A stretch of DNA of 64,000 bases from a virus, in the IMG/VR virus record IMGVR_UViG_3300024520_005201, positions 5,698-69,697 of that record; one strand, given 5' to 3'. Both the position numbers and the translations under genes were made by a program. Under the pieces are notes generated by a model, which saw only the letters and a list, made by a program, of their open reading frames with translations, was not told the origin of the DNA and did no database searches. Positions 1 through 9,865 of this stretch are shown one piece after another. Every line of letters starts with the position of its first letter. Position 1 is the stretch's first letter.

Positions 1-224
1 GTGGAAAGACTACATTTGAAAACACTGTAGCAAGTTGCAATCCGTGTAACAATAAAAAAGGAAATAGATTACTTCGCAACTCTTCTTTTAAATTAAGGAA
101 GAAACCTAGTAAGCCAGCTAAATTATCTTTTAGATTTAGATTAAAACAATTAGAGGAAGAATGGAAGGATTACCTTCCGGAGAAAATAAAAAATGAGTTT
201 CAAATTAACCGTAGAAATACTTGA
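1..224 (+). CDS. HNH endonuclease, C-terminal part (truncated by window start)
   Basis: Frame 3 is open from the window start: GKTTFENTVASCNPCNNKKGNR...WKDYLP. This matches the McrA-like HNH C-terminal N..C..CN..K motif. Stop TGA at 222-224. Confidence 0.75.
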   Translation, partial: GKTTFENTVASCNPCNNKKGNRLLRNSSFKLRKKPSKPAKLSFRFRLKQLEEEWKDYLPEKIKNEFQINRRNT

Positions 225-429
225 TGATGCTACTACAAAGATTGATTTTGATGGCAATGTAAATCATATAATCTTAGTGGGTGTGCTTGAGTCAATCAAA
301 TATGAAGTTATTGGTTCGGCAGCTTTAATGGCAGCCGAGGAAGCAGCAAATGCAAACGCTGCGGCAGCCGTTGCTGCGGCTGAACTACAAGGGGAAGCTA
401 TAGCTACTCCTGAATCACAAGGAGTATAA
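193..429 (+). CDS. hypothetical protein with Ala-rich tail
   Basis: 78-aa ORF overlapping the HNH end and abutting the next ORF (TAA-ATG). Confidence 0.7.
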   Translation: MSFKLTVEILDDATTKIDFDGNVNHIILVGVLESIKYEVIGSAALMAAEEAANANAAAAVAAAELQGEAIATPESQGV

Positions 430-693
430 ATGCCATTCATACCACCAAAGAAGGATATGGCTCCAGAAAATGTCATGGAGCTTTGTCGGGGAAATTTAAG
501 AGAGGCTCTGCGCCCTTACTTTAAGGGCAAGGACGCGGCGAGTAGATTAGAAGATGCTGTTGCTGTAGCGACTAATTCTATTGGACATATGCTGACAATG
601 CGCCCGGTTCGTGAGGGGCCAGTGGGTGCCACTATAATGACAGAGAGGGCTTCAGCAGTTAAGAAGCCTGGCTCTGCACCAAGGAATATGTAA
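430..693 (+). CDS. hypothetical protein
   Basis: 87-aa ORF with GGAG Shine-Dalgarno upstream; abuts both neighbours. Confidence 0.7.
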   Translation: MPFIPPKKDMAPENVMELCRGNLREALRPYFKGKDAASRLEDAVAVATNSIGHMLTMRPVREGPVGATIMTERASAVKKPGSAPRNM

Positions 694-1104
694 ATGGACC
701 AGAAACAACAGAATAAAGTTAGAGATATGATAGCTGCAGAGTTAGCTGGAATACCTGTGGCACCTGTCGTCCAGAACGCCTTGGAACAGGCAATGGCTGC
801 AGCACCAGGTATGCCTCTCAGCGCACCACAGCCCGCTCAGGCACCTGTAAATATAGTTCAAGCCCCAAGCCCAACCCAGTTTCCACTGGACGAGTATGAG
901 GCTCTAATGATTGATGCTTTAACCTGGAGGGTTGAGTCTGCTGAGAAATCCCAGCAATTAATCAAGACTGAGGCGCAAGGTATTCAAGATATGCGCGATA
1001 AAATATTAGCTCGCTGTGTTAAGAGACTGGGTATAGATGTCACTCAGTTTAATTTAGCAATTAATGCGACAACTAAATCAATTAAAATAGAAAAGAGGGG
1101 CTAA
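694..1104 (+). CDS. hypothetical protein (Pro/Ala/Gln-rich linker, coiled coil)
   Basis: 136-aa ORF abutting the previous stop and followed by a terminator. Confidence 0.75.
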   Translation: MDQKQQNKVRDMIAAELAGIPVAPVVQNALEQAMAAAPGMPLSAPQPAQAPVNIVQAPSPTQFPLDEYEALMIDALTWRVESAEKSQQLIKTEAQGIQDMRDKILARCVKRLGIDVTQFNLAINATTKSIKIEKRG

Positions 1105-1118
1105 GGCCCCCCTTTTTT
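1091..1118 (+). terminator. intrinsic terminator (possibly bidirectional)
   Basis: AAAAGAGGGGC-TAAG-GCCCCCCTTTTTT: GC stem, T tract downstream, A tract upstream; lies between convergent genes. Confidence 0.7.
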
Positions 1119-1196
1119 ATCTACATATAATTTTGAATGAGACGCATTTGAAACGCAAATAAAAACATACTTCTCCAGTGGGACGTATATGAAACG

Positions 1197-1235
1197 AACG
1201 CCGCACGTCTTTGTACGTAAGTGGCGTTTTTTTTT
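1197..1235 (+). terminator. second hairpin plus T tract
   Basis: AACGCCGC...GTGGCGTT imperfect stem followed by a T run. Confidence 0.4.
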
Positions 1236-1566
1236 ATGAGCAGCTCATGGTGCTTGCGCCAGGCCCGCTCAGTGTGCTCTGGCCGGGTAATGATAATATG
1301 CTGTTCGGTGAACATATTCTATCGGCATTAATTGTTGCCGTAGGACCAGTAACATTTCTAGCAACTAAATCACTGAGGATTGTTGTAGCAGGACCGGTTA
1401 TATTTAGTGAAACTAAGTCCCCAAATATAGTTGCTGCTGGTCCAGTAGTATCTAATGCTATTAAGTCACTAAGGATTGTTCCAGCAGGACCAGTATAGCC
1501 CTCTTCTTCAAACCATATAGCAAGGTCAGAGACTGTAAATCCTAATCCAAAATTTTCATTAGCCAT
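1234..1566 (-). CDS. small repeat protein, putative virion component
   Basis: 110 aa with four 16-aa TGP(A/T)xTI..DL repeats; last gene of the structural operon. Confidence 0.7.
   Translation of the reverse strand: MANENFGLGFTVSDLAIWFEEEGYTGPAGTILSDLIALDTTGPAATIFGDLVSLNITGPATTILSDLVARNVTGPTATINADRICSPNSILSLPGQSTLSGPGASTMSCS
1303..1494 (-). repeat. 4 x 48-bp coding tandem repeat
   Basis: TGPAGTILSDLIALDT / TGPAATIFGDLVSLNI / TGPATTILSDLVARNV / TGPTATINADRICS. Confidence 0.8.
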
Positions 1567-1574
1567 TTTTTATC

Positions 1575-3026
1575 CTATGGGAAGAATATTCTAGCAGCAA
1601 CTTTAGGGTTATCTCCAGAAATAATTCCATCAGCAGCAGCAGACCATCCAACTTTTACCTTGGTTATTCCATCTGCTGTAAGTCCAACGACTTGATTACT
1701 TACGATAGAACCAACTGTTGTTGAAGACAAAGTTCCTATTGCACTAGTGGTCTCACCTTCTTTATCATAAATAAGTTCTAGACTTATACCAGTTTGGCTT
1801 GCTCCATAAATTGTAAATTCTGCATCAATATTTGCACCGTTAATAGTTAGTAAAGGAGCAGAAGCATTGATGACTCCACTACCTGACCAGACTCTTTCTC
1901 CTGCTGTGCCATCTGTGGCGCTTATTTTACAGAATTGATAGTTATCTAATCCACCATCTACAAGAAACATTCGTCCAGATGGAGCATTATCCCATCTATA
2001 TAAGGTTGGACTAGTTCCTTCTGTGTGGTTTTCATATACTACCATCTCATATATTGGTAAGATACCGCTATTCGTTGTATTATCAATCCTAATTAAAGCG
2101 TGAGTTTCCGTTCCTGTAGAAAAACTAGAAAGAGATGTTGGCAAAACAACTGATGATACATCTGCGAATGATGTTACATCTCCATTAGAATCAAGGTTAG
2201 CCTGTATACATTGAAACCCAGTAGCTCCATCATCTGGAATAAATGCAAATAGTTTATCATCTACTTCACACAATGCAGAACCCCAATATGGATAGTCGGC
2301 AATGGGTGCGGAAATACTACCAGTTAGTGTTCCTAGGCTTGTAGATGCACTTCCTACTACTTTAACCAGTATTGGACTCGACCCCTGTATACATTCCACG
2401 CTATACAATGTATCATTAGAAATACAAAGCTGTGAGTGTTGCATACTCTCGTCTCCTAATGACGAAACATTAATAACAGTTTCTGCTGAAACATCATATA
2501 CAACCATATGAGTGGCGTTCCCTCTTCCAACGCGATACGCCACATTGTTTCTCCAGGCAAGAGGACTAATTATAGGAGTTGAACCAATATTCCAATCTGT
2601 ACCTAGGATGGATTGTGCAGAACTTTCTGTCGCATTACCGTCTCTATCAATTGAAACGAAGGTCATGTCTTGTGCTGCGGGTCCAGGATATGCCATAACT
2701 AACACACCACTACCATTAATTGAGGCTGCGCAAAACCCCATCTTTACAGTTTCCTTTTGTGCAAAAGCAGTTTGACTTACATAGCTATGAAAAGAAGTCC
2801 ATGGCCCATTAGCAGCTACATCGTACTTCCAAATTTCATTTTTACCAACCGCATATAAATCATTGCCCCAATGAGCTACATTGTTATACTGGGCAGATTC
2901 ATCATTGGTATTATCGGCTCCAAAGTCAGAACCAATTTGTACTAACTGCATATTAATTTCTTTGAATACTGCATACTGAGTGGGTGTCGAACCTTTAATT
3001 CTCATGTATAAAAATGGCTGTGTCAT
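1575..3026 (-). CDS. putative virion structural protein (beta-rich), paralog of 3036..5681
   Basis: 483 aa, S/T/G-rich; N- and C-terminal segments align by eye with the upstream 881-aa protein. Confidence 0.65.
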   Translation of the reverse strand: MTQPFLYMRIKGSTPTQYAVFKEINMQLVQIGSDFGADNTNDESAQYNNVAHWGNDLYAVGKNEIWKYDVAANGPWTSFHSYVSQTAFAQKETVKMGFCAASINGSGVLVMAYPGPAAQDMTFVSIDRDGNATESSAQSILGTDWNIGSTPIISPLAWRNNVAYRVGRGNATHMVVYDVSAETVINVSSLGDESMQHSQLCISNDTLYSVECIQGSSPILVKVVGSASTSLGTLTGSISAPIADYPYWGSALCEVDDKLFAFIPDDGATGFQCIQANLDSNGDVTSFADVSSVVLPTSLSSFSTGTETHALIRIDNTTNSGILPIYEMVVYENHTEGTSPTLYRWDNAPSGRMFLVDGGLDNYQFCKISATDGTAGERVWSGSGVINASAPLLTINGANIDAEFTIYGASQTGISLELIYDKEGETTSAIGTLSSTTVGSIVSNQVVGLTADGITKVKVGWSAAADGIISGDNPKVAARIFFP

Positions 3027-3035
3027 TGTGCTCTC

Positions 3036-5681
3036 CTAATCGTCCAGGTTGTATTTTGCTTTAGCATATTTTTCAAATCTTAATACTTCTACATCAGCTA
3101 GTATTCTATCGTACATTGCCATCTCATATATAGTCCCATCATAATAAAGAGATGGAGAGTATACGCCAGAGATTTGTGCACCTGTAGTTCTTCCGAATGT
3201 TGTATTAGATAATCCAGTAGCTTCGATTGTTCCATCTGTAGTCCACTCGGTTTCCTGTAGTTGTCCGCTTGGAAATAATTGTCCTTGGCCTTCAAAGGCA
3301 GTATTTCTCCATACAGCCAGCCTGGTATTATCTGCTATTCCACCGCTTGGAACAGCAAGCTCTCGAACAGGCTGCGCACCTAGTGCTGCTTCAAAACTAA
3401 AATCTCTTAATCTTAGCTCAGAATCAGTGGAATGTGTAAGCATAGACCAGTATTCATGATTAGTCAGACTAGACGTTGAGGATACATTATCATCAGACAT
3501 GCTAAAGATTGTCATCTCCGCTACAGAACTAGGTTCATAGATAAGAAAAATAGTTGCAGATTGGCCGGTAATAGGAGAGCCAGATGTGAATAAGAATTCT
3601 TCATTTGTATCTACAAACGACACACCATCTAGGCCATTATTGGCTGCTTGAATTAAAGTAGGTTGTGAGCTAGTGTTAAACTGTACAAGACCAGATAATG
3701 CTGTCCCTTTATCTCTCCACTCGGAAACATTATGGGTCACTCCACTAGTAATAGTAGTATCATCATTCGCCTCAAACCAGCTCAATAGACCATTTAAGTC
3801 TGTCGGGTCATCAAGAGCTACAATATCTCCTTGACCAAAATTAATTTGTCCATTAAGAGTATATCTTTGATATCTCTGTAGCCCATCTCCTTTTGCATCC
3901 CAATCGACTGTATATATTTTACCCTCTGTTACAATAACATTAGCAACTAGTAATCCTGTGGCTCCTATTACACCAGAGATTGCTCCATCACTGGTGCCTA
4001 CTAATGTACATGCAGATTCTGGTGCATGATTATGAATATCATACCACCATCTTATATCAACATCCCCGCCTACTAGGGCTCCTGAGCTTGGTATAATGGA
4101 ATAAGATATTCTAATAATTCCATCTTCGTCAGTAAGATTACTTCCTCTGTATATGATATCGGCAACTCTATGACCATCATTATCTAATTCTGAGTGACGT
4201 GCTCCTCCGCCCAGTTGACCATGGGGGAAGGCTCTCTGCCGAACCTGTTTAGCTGGGTGACCAATGAAATCAAATGCATGCGCGCCACCATCTTTAGTGG
4301 GTGGATTAGGATGATTACCACCATCAGTATTTCCAGACCCTCTAAATACATGGTAAAAAAGGTTACCAAATTCACCGCCACCACCGGGTGAGCCTGTACA
4401 TCTTTGTCCCGCAAATCTACTAGCGCAAATTATGGATGAACGACCAGTTCCATCAAGGCCTCTGTCTTTTTGGTCTATAAAAGCGCGAAGAATTATGTCT
4501 TCATCTTTTCTTGATGCTGCGCCGAAACCCCCTAGCCATGAACCTTCTTGGTTATGCATCATCTTAAATGGATTTGCTCTGAATCCGGTGACTGGCTGAC
4601 TTCCTGGTGCCTGTACCCCTATAAGAACGCCAGTGCCACCCACTCGCCTTAATGGCTGCGCTGCTAATCCATGGTTGGTATCTGTAGTAGATGGTATTGA
4701 CCCAATATAGCCTGCAGTAGATGCATGTGTAGCATAGTATGCCCATAATGTAGGTTCAGCAGTTTCTCCTGGTGCGTTACCAGTATCATAAACATTATCG
4801 ACAAAGAATAATGGGCGCCCCTCAAATTGACTAGTAGTTGTTAAGGTGTCTCCAACATCTATTCCTACGATGACACTTGGTGTTCCTGTATCAAAAATAA
4901 GACCTTCAAAAACTGTACTTGTTGCATCTACTCTTAATATTTGAACATTATCTGTAGCATTTTTATTAAGGATATACAAGTCATTCATATAACTCGCAAA
5001 GTCCATTGGATGTCTAGATGTAGTACCAAATGAATTGGTTCCAAACGAATCAAGAACGAAGTCATAATATCCAAAGGATGCTTCACTAGATGTAGTGTAA
5101 TAAATTCTATCGCCGTGCTGAATCTCTGTTAAAATTCCACCATTTGTATCATTGATAGCCAGCCCTCCTGCTTGGGCAGAAGATGTGGTCCATGTTTCTG
5201 TATCTCCATCAAGCTTTGCATATCTCCATGTCGCTCCATTAGAGACTGACCACGCAGTAACTAGCTGTGGTTTATTCTGTACAAACACGGGATAGAGACC
5301 CAGTGTGCTTGTAGATGTTGCTGTTTTACCAGTGAGAAAATGCTGAGAGACCCATATGCCAGAGGCATCGCTGTAGTTATAGATTGTATCTCCAAGAATA
5401 AGATAATCTTTTCCCATGAAATTAACAGCGCGATTAACAGCCTGCTTGTTTCCATTGCCAGTTTCTGTATTCCCGGTGATGCCACCATCCAGTAATATTG
5501 GGGCACTTGAAAAATAATTAAAAGAATTTCTTGAAGCATCAGCCACTACTGACGTGAATGGTTGTTCTTGTCTATCAGCTTGTATACAATTCGACCCAAA
5601 ATCCTGTCCACCGTAGTTATTAGTTCCACGTTCAGGAGTAGCCGTCATATATCTAGCATGTAATACCCATTCTAGTGCCAT
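3036..5681 (-). CDS. putative virion protein with C-terminal LamG/ConA-like domain
   Basis: The C-terminus LLSWFEAND...VSEWRDKG...YDGTIYEMAMYDRIL...YAKAKY matches the phage LamG-like jelly-roll pattern. Confidence 0.7.
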   Translation of the reverse strand: MALEWVLHARYMTATPERGTNNYGGQDFGSNCIQADRQEQPFTSVVADASRNSFNYFSSAPILLDGGITGNTETGNGNKQAVNRAVNFMGKDYLILGDTIYNYSDASGIWVSQHFLTGKTATSTSTLGLYPVFVQNKPQLVTAWSVSNGATWRYAKLDGDTETWTTSSAQAGGLAINDTNGGILTEIQHGDRIYYTTSSEASFGYYDFVLDSFGTNSFGTTSRHPMDFASYMNDLYILNKNATDNVQILRVDATSTVFEGLIFDTGTPSVIVGIDVGDTLTTTSQFEGRPLFFVDNVYDTGNAPGETAEPTLWAYYATHASTAGYIGSIPSTTDTNHGLAAQPLRRVGGTGVLIGVQAPGSQPVTGFRANPFKMMHNQEGSWLGGFGAASRKDEDIILRAFIDQKDRGLDGTGRSSIICASRFAGQRCTGSPGGGGEFGNLFYHVFRGSGNTDGGNHPNPPTKDGGAHAFDFIGHPAKQVRQRAFPHGQLGGGARHSELDNDGHRVADIIYRGSNLTDEDGIIRISYSIIPSSGALVGGDVDIRWWYDIHNHAPESACTLVGTSDGAISGVIGATGLLVANVIVTEGKIYTVDWDAKGDGLQRYQRYTLNGQINFGQGDIVALDDPTDLNGLLSWFEANDDTTITSGVTHNVSEWRDKGTALSGLVQFNTSSQPTLIQAANNGLDGVSFVDTNEEFLFTSGSPITGQSATIFLIYEPSSVAEMTIFSMSDDNVSSTSSLTNHEYWSMLTHSTDSELRLRDFSFEAALGAQPVRELAVPSGGIADNTRLAVWRNTAFEGQGQLFPSGQLQETEWTTDGTIEATGLSNTTFGRTTGAQISGVYSPSLYYDGTIYEMAMYDRILADVEVLRFEKYAKAKYNLDD

Positions 5682-5694
5682 TATAAATTCCTTA

Positions 5695-6054
5695 TTACAC
5701 CCAAGTAATTGCGCCGTTGAAGATTGTTAGAACCTGACCCTCATCTCCAGACGGTAGTACCGTCAGGCCTCCTGCACCATCCACGTATAGGATATCTCCC
5801 TGAACATATGATGTCTGTCCGGTCCCGCCGTAATCCTGTGTAATTCCGCTACCTTGCCAGGAGCCTTGTGTAACTAAGCCTAGAGTAGATACTCCAGATG
5901 TCTTCACTACTAACGAATCAAAGGCTGGAAGTAGTGCGCCACTTAGTACCGTCAGGCTGCCAAATGTAGCTTGTGTAGGTATACTTACGAATAGATTAAC
6001 CTGGCCAGGCTGATTCACTAAGCTTCCTTGTGGTCCTCTTCCTAAATAAGACAT
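5695..6054 (-). CDS. short fibre-like structural protein
   Basis: YGGTGQTSY..GDILY...GQVLT...W motif typical of phage fibre segments. Confidence 0.6.
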   Translation of the reverse strand: MSYLGRGPQGSLVNQPGQVNLFVSIPTQATFGSLTVLSGALLPAFDSLVVKTSGVSTLGLVTQGSWQGSGITQDYGGTGQTSYVQGDILYVDGAGGLTVLPSGDEGQVLTIFNGAITWV

Positions 6055-6650
6055 TATTCTTCTCCCAAAAACTCGTTTAAAATTTGTTCTTCTTCTGGTG
6101 TAATCTCTGCAAGTATCTCTTGCGGAGTTCTTAATTTTCCACTAAAAAAGGAACCGTCCGGTGGACCGTCCCATTTTCTATGCTTTGCAGCCCACTTTAA
6201 TAGTGTAATATAGCTGTATGAACTTGCCATATAATCTTTATGACTACCTATATCTATTCCAAGCTGTTTGGATAGTTCTAATACTCTAAGGTCTGCGTCA
6301 TACTCTATTAAAACAACAGCATCGCGAGCCCATTTAAGCTCTTCTTCTGTATATTTTTTTGTTTTCTGTAACCATTTCTCTAGGACATCCCAACCAAGCT
6401 TAAGGTTTTCACCTTCCAGCTTATGTAAAAATCCTGATTTCCATTGTAGGAAATGTGCATACTCATGTAGGAGTAGTTGCATCAGTTCTACTTGTGAGTG
6501 TCCCTTGATTGTTAGGGATATGATGGGATTATTATTCTTTGAAATATCAAAAGTTCCGGGACATTGAGCAAGCTTAAGTTCTTCTTTATTGTATAGTCGT
6601 AGATTACAACCATCGGCTTTTATATAACGCACGAGCTGCCAGAAATTCAT
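6054..6650 (-). CDS. putative zincin metallopeptidase
   Basis: LLHEYAH (HExxH) with downstream EYDAD; GGAG Shine-Dalgarno. Confidence 0.6.
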   Translation of the reverse strand: MNFWQLVRYIKADGCNLRLYNKEELKLAQCPGTFDISKNNNPIISLTIKGHSQVELMQLLLHEYAHFLQWKSGFLHKLEGENLKLGWDVLEKWLQKTKKYTEEELKWARDAVVLIEYDADLRVLELSKQLGIDIGSHKDYMASSYSYITLLKWAAKHRKWDGPPDGSFFSGKLRTPQEILAEITPEEEQILNEFLGEE

Positions 6651-6707
6651 AAGTCTAACTCCATTCTTATGTACTAAGCATTCGTAAATTTGTAATTTAT
6701 TTATCGA

Positions 6708-8963
6708 CTAACTGTCAGTAGACATCGCGGTGGCGAGTTTGTAGATAACAGAAATCCTTATTGTTCCAGTATCTAAAGTTCCCGCATCGGGCGTAACGCG
6801 AATTTCTCTAGCAGATGCTGACCATGCTAAAGGACCGGCAGTCCAATCTGCACTAGATGTTGTATTTGCATCAGTAAATGGCAGGGCTGTGCCTCCAGCA
6901 TCAGTATCTCCTCCATCAACTCCAACATCATAACTAACTGCTGTGGTTCCGGTAATAGTGCTAGTATTTCTACATAATATCGCAACATCGTAAGCTCCGG
7001 CCGGAATTAATCCAGTAGTTACTTCAGAACTTGAAACGTCTAAGACTTCTGAGGCGTCATAGGTTTGCACTGCGCCAAAACCTGTAGTTAATTTGCCAAA
7101 TTCTCTGCTAGGATTTACAAATATGTCTCCTTGTACACTAATTTGTCCTGCATTGGAAATATTGATTCGCGAGAGTCCAGCCGTTGCAAGGTCAAGTCCT
7201 CCTGCATTGGAATTTAGAATTCCCTTAGTAGTAAAACCAAGACTTAACCAATTTGTAGTTGTTGCAGTATTTCCATGCATAAACAATGTTGGATGTGATT
7301 GATTTGTGTGTCCGTAGTCAACGGCCGTATGGGTCAAGTCGATAATCTGCATGTAATTCGATGTGCTGCCAAAAAACATAGATAGCCCATCGTTGGTCTG
7401 TCCGGTATCCCAACGTATGCCAGCATCAGACCCGGTTCCCCATAAGCTATAGAGCATGTCTGTCGTAACTGTGCTTTTTCCAAAGGTTACACTAGATGAC
7501 TTGAAATTGCAGGCAAGCGCACCATTAATAGCAATTGCCATTGAGTTAGTATCAGGGAAGTAGATACCGTCCCCAGCATCAGTTGGCGACTGAATTGCGC
7601 AGGCACCAATAGAACCATTTGGAACTACAACAGGAGCATCAATAACTAAATTACCTTTACCAAGACCAATAATAGCATTGCCGCCGCTGTGAGCTAAACT
7701 CATCCATTCAGTATTATCCGTACTTGGGTTACCAGAACTATGAATAAAAATAGTTGGATTATCTGGCATTGCATGGTCATAATCAAAGGCAATAAAGGCA
7801 TCGTCTCCAAAAACAACGTGTCTACTAGTACCCATTGCCCACAACATTTGGTTGTAAGACCCATTGTATGTTAATTGAGGACCGGAAATCCATTGAAACG
7901 TTGTAGAATTTGCTAAACGAACTCCAGAATTTGGACGAAGTTGAACATTACAATTTATTAAACCAAGTTGAAGGTCTAAAACATCTGTTCCTTCAACATT
8001 AAGTCTTCCTTGAGTTCCGTCATGATACATCTTCATATACTGTGTAGCATCTACATCTACATCTGTTCCACCATGGTGGAGGATTAATGAAACATCAGAA
8101 GAAACAGCGTGGTGGTGGTCTTTGCTCTGGTTCGCCAACTCGGTGATAATCAGTGCGCCGCCCTGCGCGCTTGTGCCGTCAGCGCCAATACCTAAGACGA
8201 GGTTATGGGCGGTGGCCTGAGTTTTGTTCCAATTAAACGCCGCGTCGCCGCCGTCGCCAAGGAAAAGGAAGTCGTCGTCGAATATCTTCAGTCCTAGCTG
8301 CGCGCGAATTAGACCAACGAACGACGTTTCTCCGTTGCTCAGAATCTCGAAAGCCTTAGTCCCGCCCTCGCTAAATACCGCGCTGCTGCCGTCGTGGTAC
8401 ATTCTCATATACTTTGTGGCGTCTGAATCTACATCAGTACCACCATGGAACAATACAAGAGAAATATCACTACTGGTTGCAAGATGATGGTCTTTATTCC
8501 AGTTATCTTTTTCAGTAATGATTAATGCACCACCGGCAGTCACATCACCAGCGGCTCGCATAGCTAAAACATGATTGTTCGCCGTTGCCTGATTCGTGCT
8601 CCATAGGAATAGCGAGTCGCTAGCACTTCCATATAGACTATAGACATTATCCTTATGTTGTGCTGACCCAGTTATAACTGTGTGGTGAACATTTAGTGTC
8701 CCGAGTGCATCTCCCGCTGCTGCGCCAATCCCAATCGTCCCTGCGCTCTGGCGGTTAATGAATATATCTTGAGCACCAAATGGATTAACAGTAGAGCTAA
8801 AAGCTAATTCAGAATTAGATGCAAAGTTCGCCCCATCTCCGGCAGAAAAATAAATTCCAGAACTCGCACCTGTTAAGTCGCCTAGGATTAAAGTTTGGTC
8901 TAGCGTCTCACCACCTCCACCACCTCCACCACCGCCAGGAATAGGATTACATATACTACTCAT
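6708..8963 (-). CDS. fibre/decoration protein with internal repeats
   Basis: Poly-Gly then a TLDQTL..GD anchor-like motif and ~120-aa internal repeats. The C-terminal IPAGA...SYDVG...IRVTP..G...GTIRISVIY domain resembles the C-terminal domain of DUF2793-type head-fibre proteins. Confidence 0.65.
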   Translation of the reverse strand: MSSICNPIPGGGGGGGGGETLDQTLILGDLTGASSGIYFSAGDGANFASNSELAFSSTVNPFGAQDIFINRQSAGTIGIGAAAGDALGTLNVHHTVITGSAQHKDNVYSLYGSASDSLFLWSTNQATANNHVLAMRAAGDVTAGGALIITEKDNWNKDHHLATSSDISLVLFHGGTDVDSDATKYMRMYHDGSSAVFSEGGTKAFEILSNGETSFVGLIRAQLGLKIFDDDFLFLGDGGDAAFNWNKTQATAHNLVLGIGADGTSAQGGALIITELANQSKDHHHAVSSDVSLILHHGGTDVDVDATQYMKMYHDGTQGRLNVEGTDVLDLQLGLINCNVQLRPNSGVRLANSTTFQWISGPQLTYNGSYNQMLWAMGTSRHVVFGDDAFIAFDYDHAMPDNPTIFIHSSGNPSTDNTEWMSLAHSGGNAIIGLGKGNLVIDAPVVVPNGSIGACAIQSPTDAGDGIYFPDTNSMAIAINGALACNFKSSSVTFGKSTVTTDMLYSLWGTGSDAGIRWDTGQTNDGLSMFFGSTSNYMQIIDLTHTAVDYGHTNQSHPTLFMHGNTATTTNWLSLGFTTKGILNSNAGGLDLATAGLSRINISNAGQISVQGDIFVNPSREFGKLTTGFGAVQTYDASEVLDVSSSEVTTGLIPAGAYDVAILCRNTSTITGTTAVSYDVGVDGGDTDAGGTALPFTDANTTSSADWTAGPLAWSASAREIRVTPDAGTLDTGTIRISVIYKLATAMSTDS
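8017..8580 (-). repeat. internal duplication (GGALIITE...KDHH..SSD.SL..HGGTDVD.DAT.YM.MYHDG x2)
   Basis: Two near-identical peptide copies about 124 aa apart; further degenerate copies lie downstream. Confidence 0.8.
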
Positions 8964-8965
8964 GT

Positions 8966-9400
8966 TTAATTCTCCGTTTGACCACCAAATCTATTAGGTG
9001 TACGTACAGTGATTGGACTCAGTGATGCTGCACGAGAAGCCACCTTAGTAACCCCCGCACCCTCATCATGGGCTACATAATAAATAGTAGTCTGTATGTT
9101 GCCTGCCAAATCACTACTTCCAAATAAACCGCTTCCCGTACTTAGCTCAAGTTGACTACCTCCAAACCCATCTAAAATGAGAGTTCCTGAAGCACCCAGG
9201 GCCATGTTAGGTGTAATGGGAGTATTCCCATTATAAAATCTAATTGTATTTAAACTATTAGCCTGATTGCTAGCAATAAGCTGATTGATTCCAATCACAA
9301 TGCCATCCTGAGCAGGAATAATAACATCAAGAGTGCCGCCACCAGTTGTGACGGCACCATTGGCAATACTAACTTTTTCCGTTCCAAATCTTCTTGCCAT
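8966..9400 (-). CDS. putative virion/decoration protein
   Basis: 144 aa, beta-rich, within the structural operon. Confidence 0.6.
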   Translation of the reverse strand: MARRFGTEKVSIANGAVTTGGGTLDVIIPAQDGIVIGINQLIASNQANSLNTIRFYNGNTPITPNMALGASGTLILDGFGGSQLELSTGSGLFGSSDLAGNIQTTIYYVAHDEGAGVTKVASRAASLSPITVRTPNRFGGQTEN

Positions 9401-9410
9401 TATTTATCTC

Positions 9411-9851
9411 CTAATCAAATGCGCCGGAACTTGGGACTCTATCGACGATAGAATCATCAATACTGTCCTTCCTGACAATTGTCTCCCCCTGGTGGTAAGC
9501 CCACTCTTGTGGCGTATTAGGTACAAGTGCAGGTGGAATAACTGGAACGGCAGTATCGGGAACATTAAGGTCCCTTGCACCATTACGAGCTAGTCTAGCA
9601 CTAGTACTTCTACTTTCAAACTGTAGTCCCCAAGCAATATTTTCATGATATTCAACTGTAGCGGGGGCAATATTATCATCTCTTACAATTGAACCAGAAC
9701 TGATAGTTCTGCTTAGTTCGGGGCGATGGTCAGTGACTACTGCCACAACATCGTCCGTGTTATCTGTTTCTATAATCCGAATATCCTGTTTCCGATAAGT
9801 AGTTGTTTGCTTTGCGGCTACAGGAATTCCAGAAGCATTAAGTGAACCCAT
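9411..9851 (-). CDS. MGSLN-family paralog 3 (putative virion protein)
   Basis: Starts MGSLN; GGAGG Shine-Dalgarno; shares motifs with the two upstream ORFs. Confidence 0.7.
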   Translation of the reverse strand: MGSLNASGIPVAAKQTTTYRKQDIRIIETDNTDDVVAVVTDHRPELSRTISSGSIVRDDNIAPATVEYHENIAWGLQFESRSTSARLARNGARDLNVPDTAVPVIPPALVPNTPQEWAYHQGETIVRKDSIDDSIVDRVPSSGAFD

Positions 9852-9865
9852 TTTATCCTCCTAAA

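Noticed and set aside
8017-8580. Diversity-generating retroelement TR/VR pair
   Set aside because: The copies differ at all base types, lie within one ORF, and no reverse transcriptase is present.
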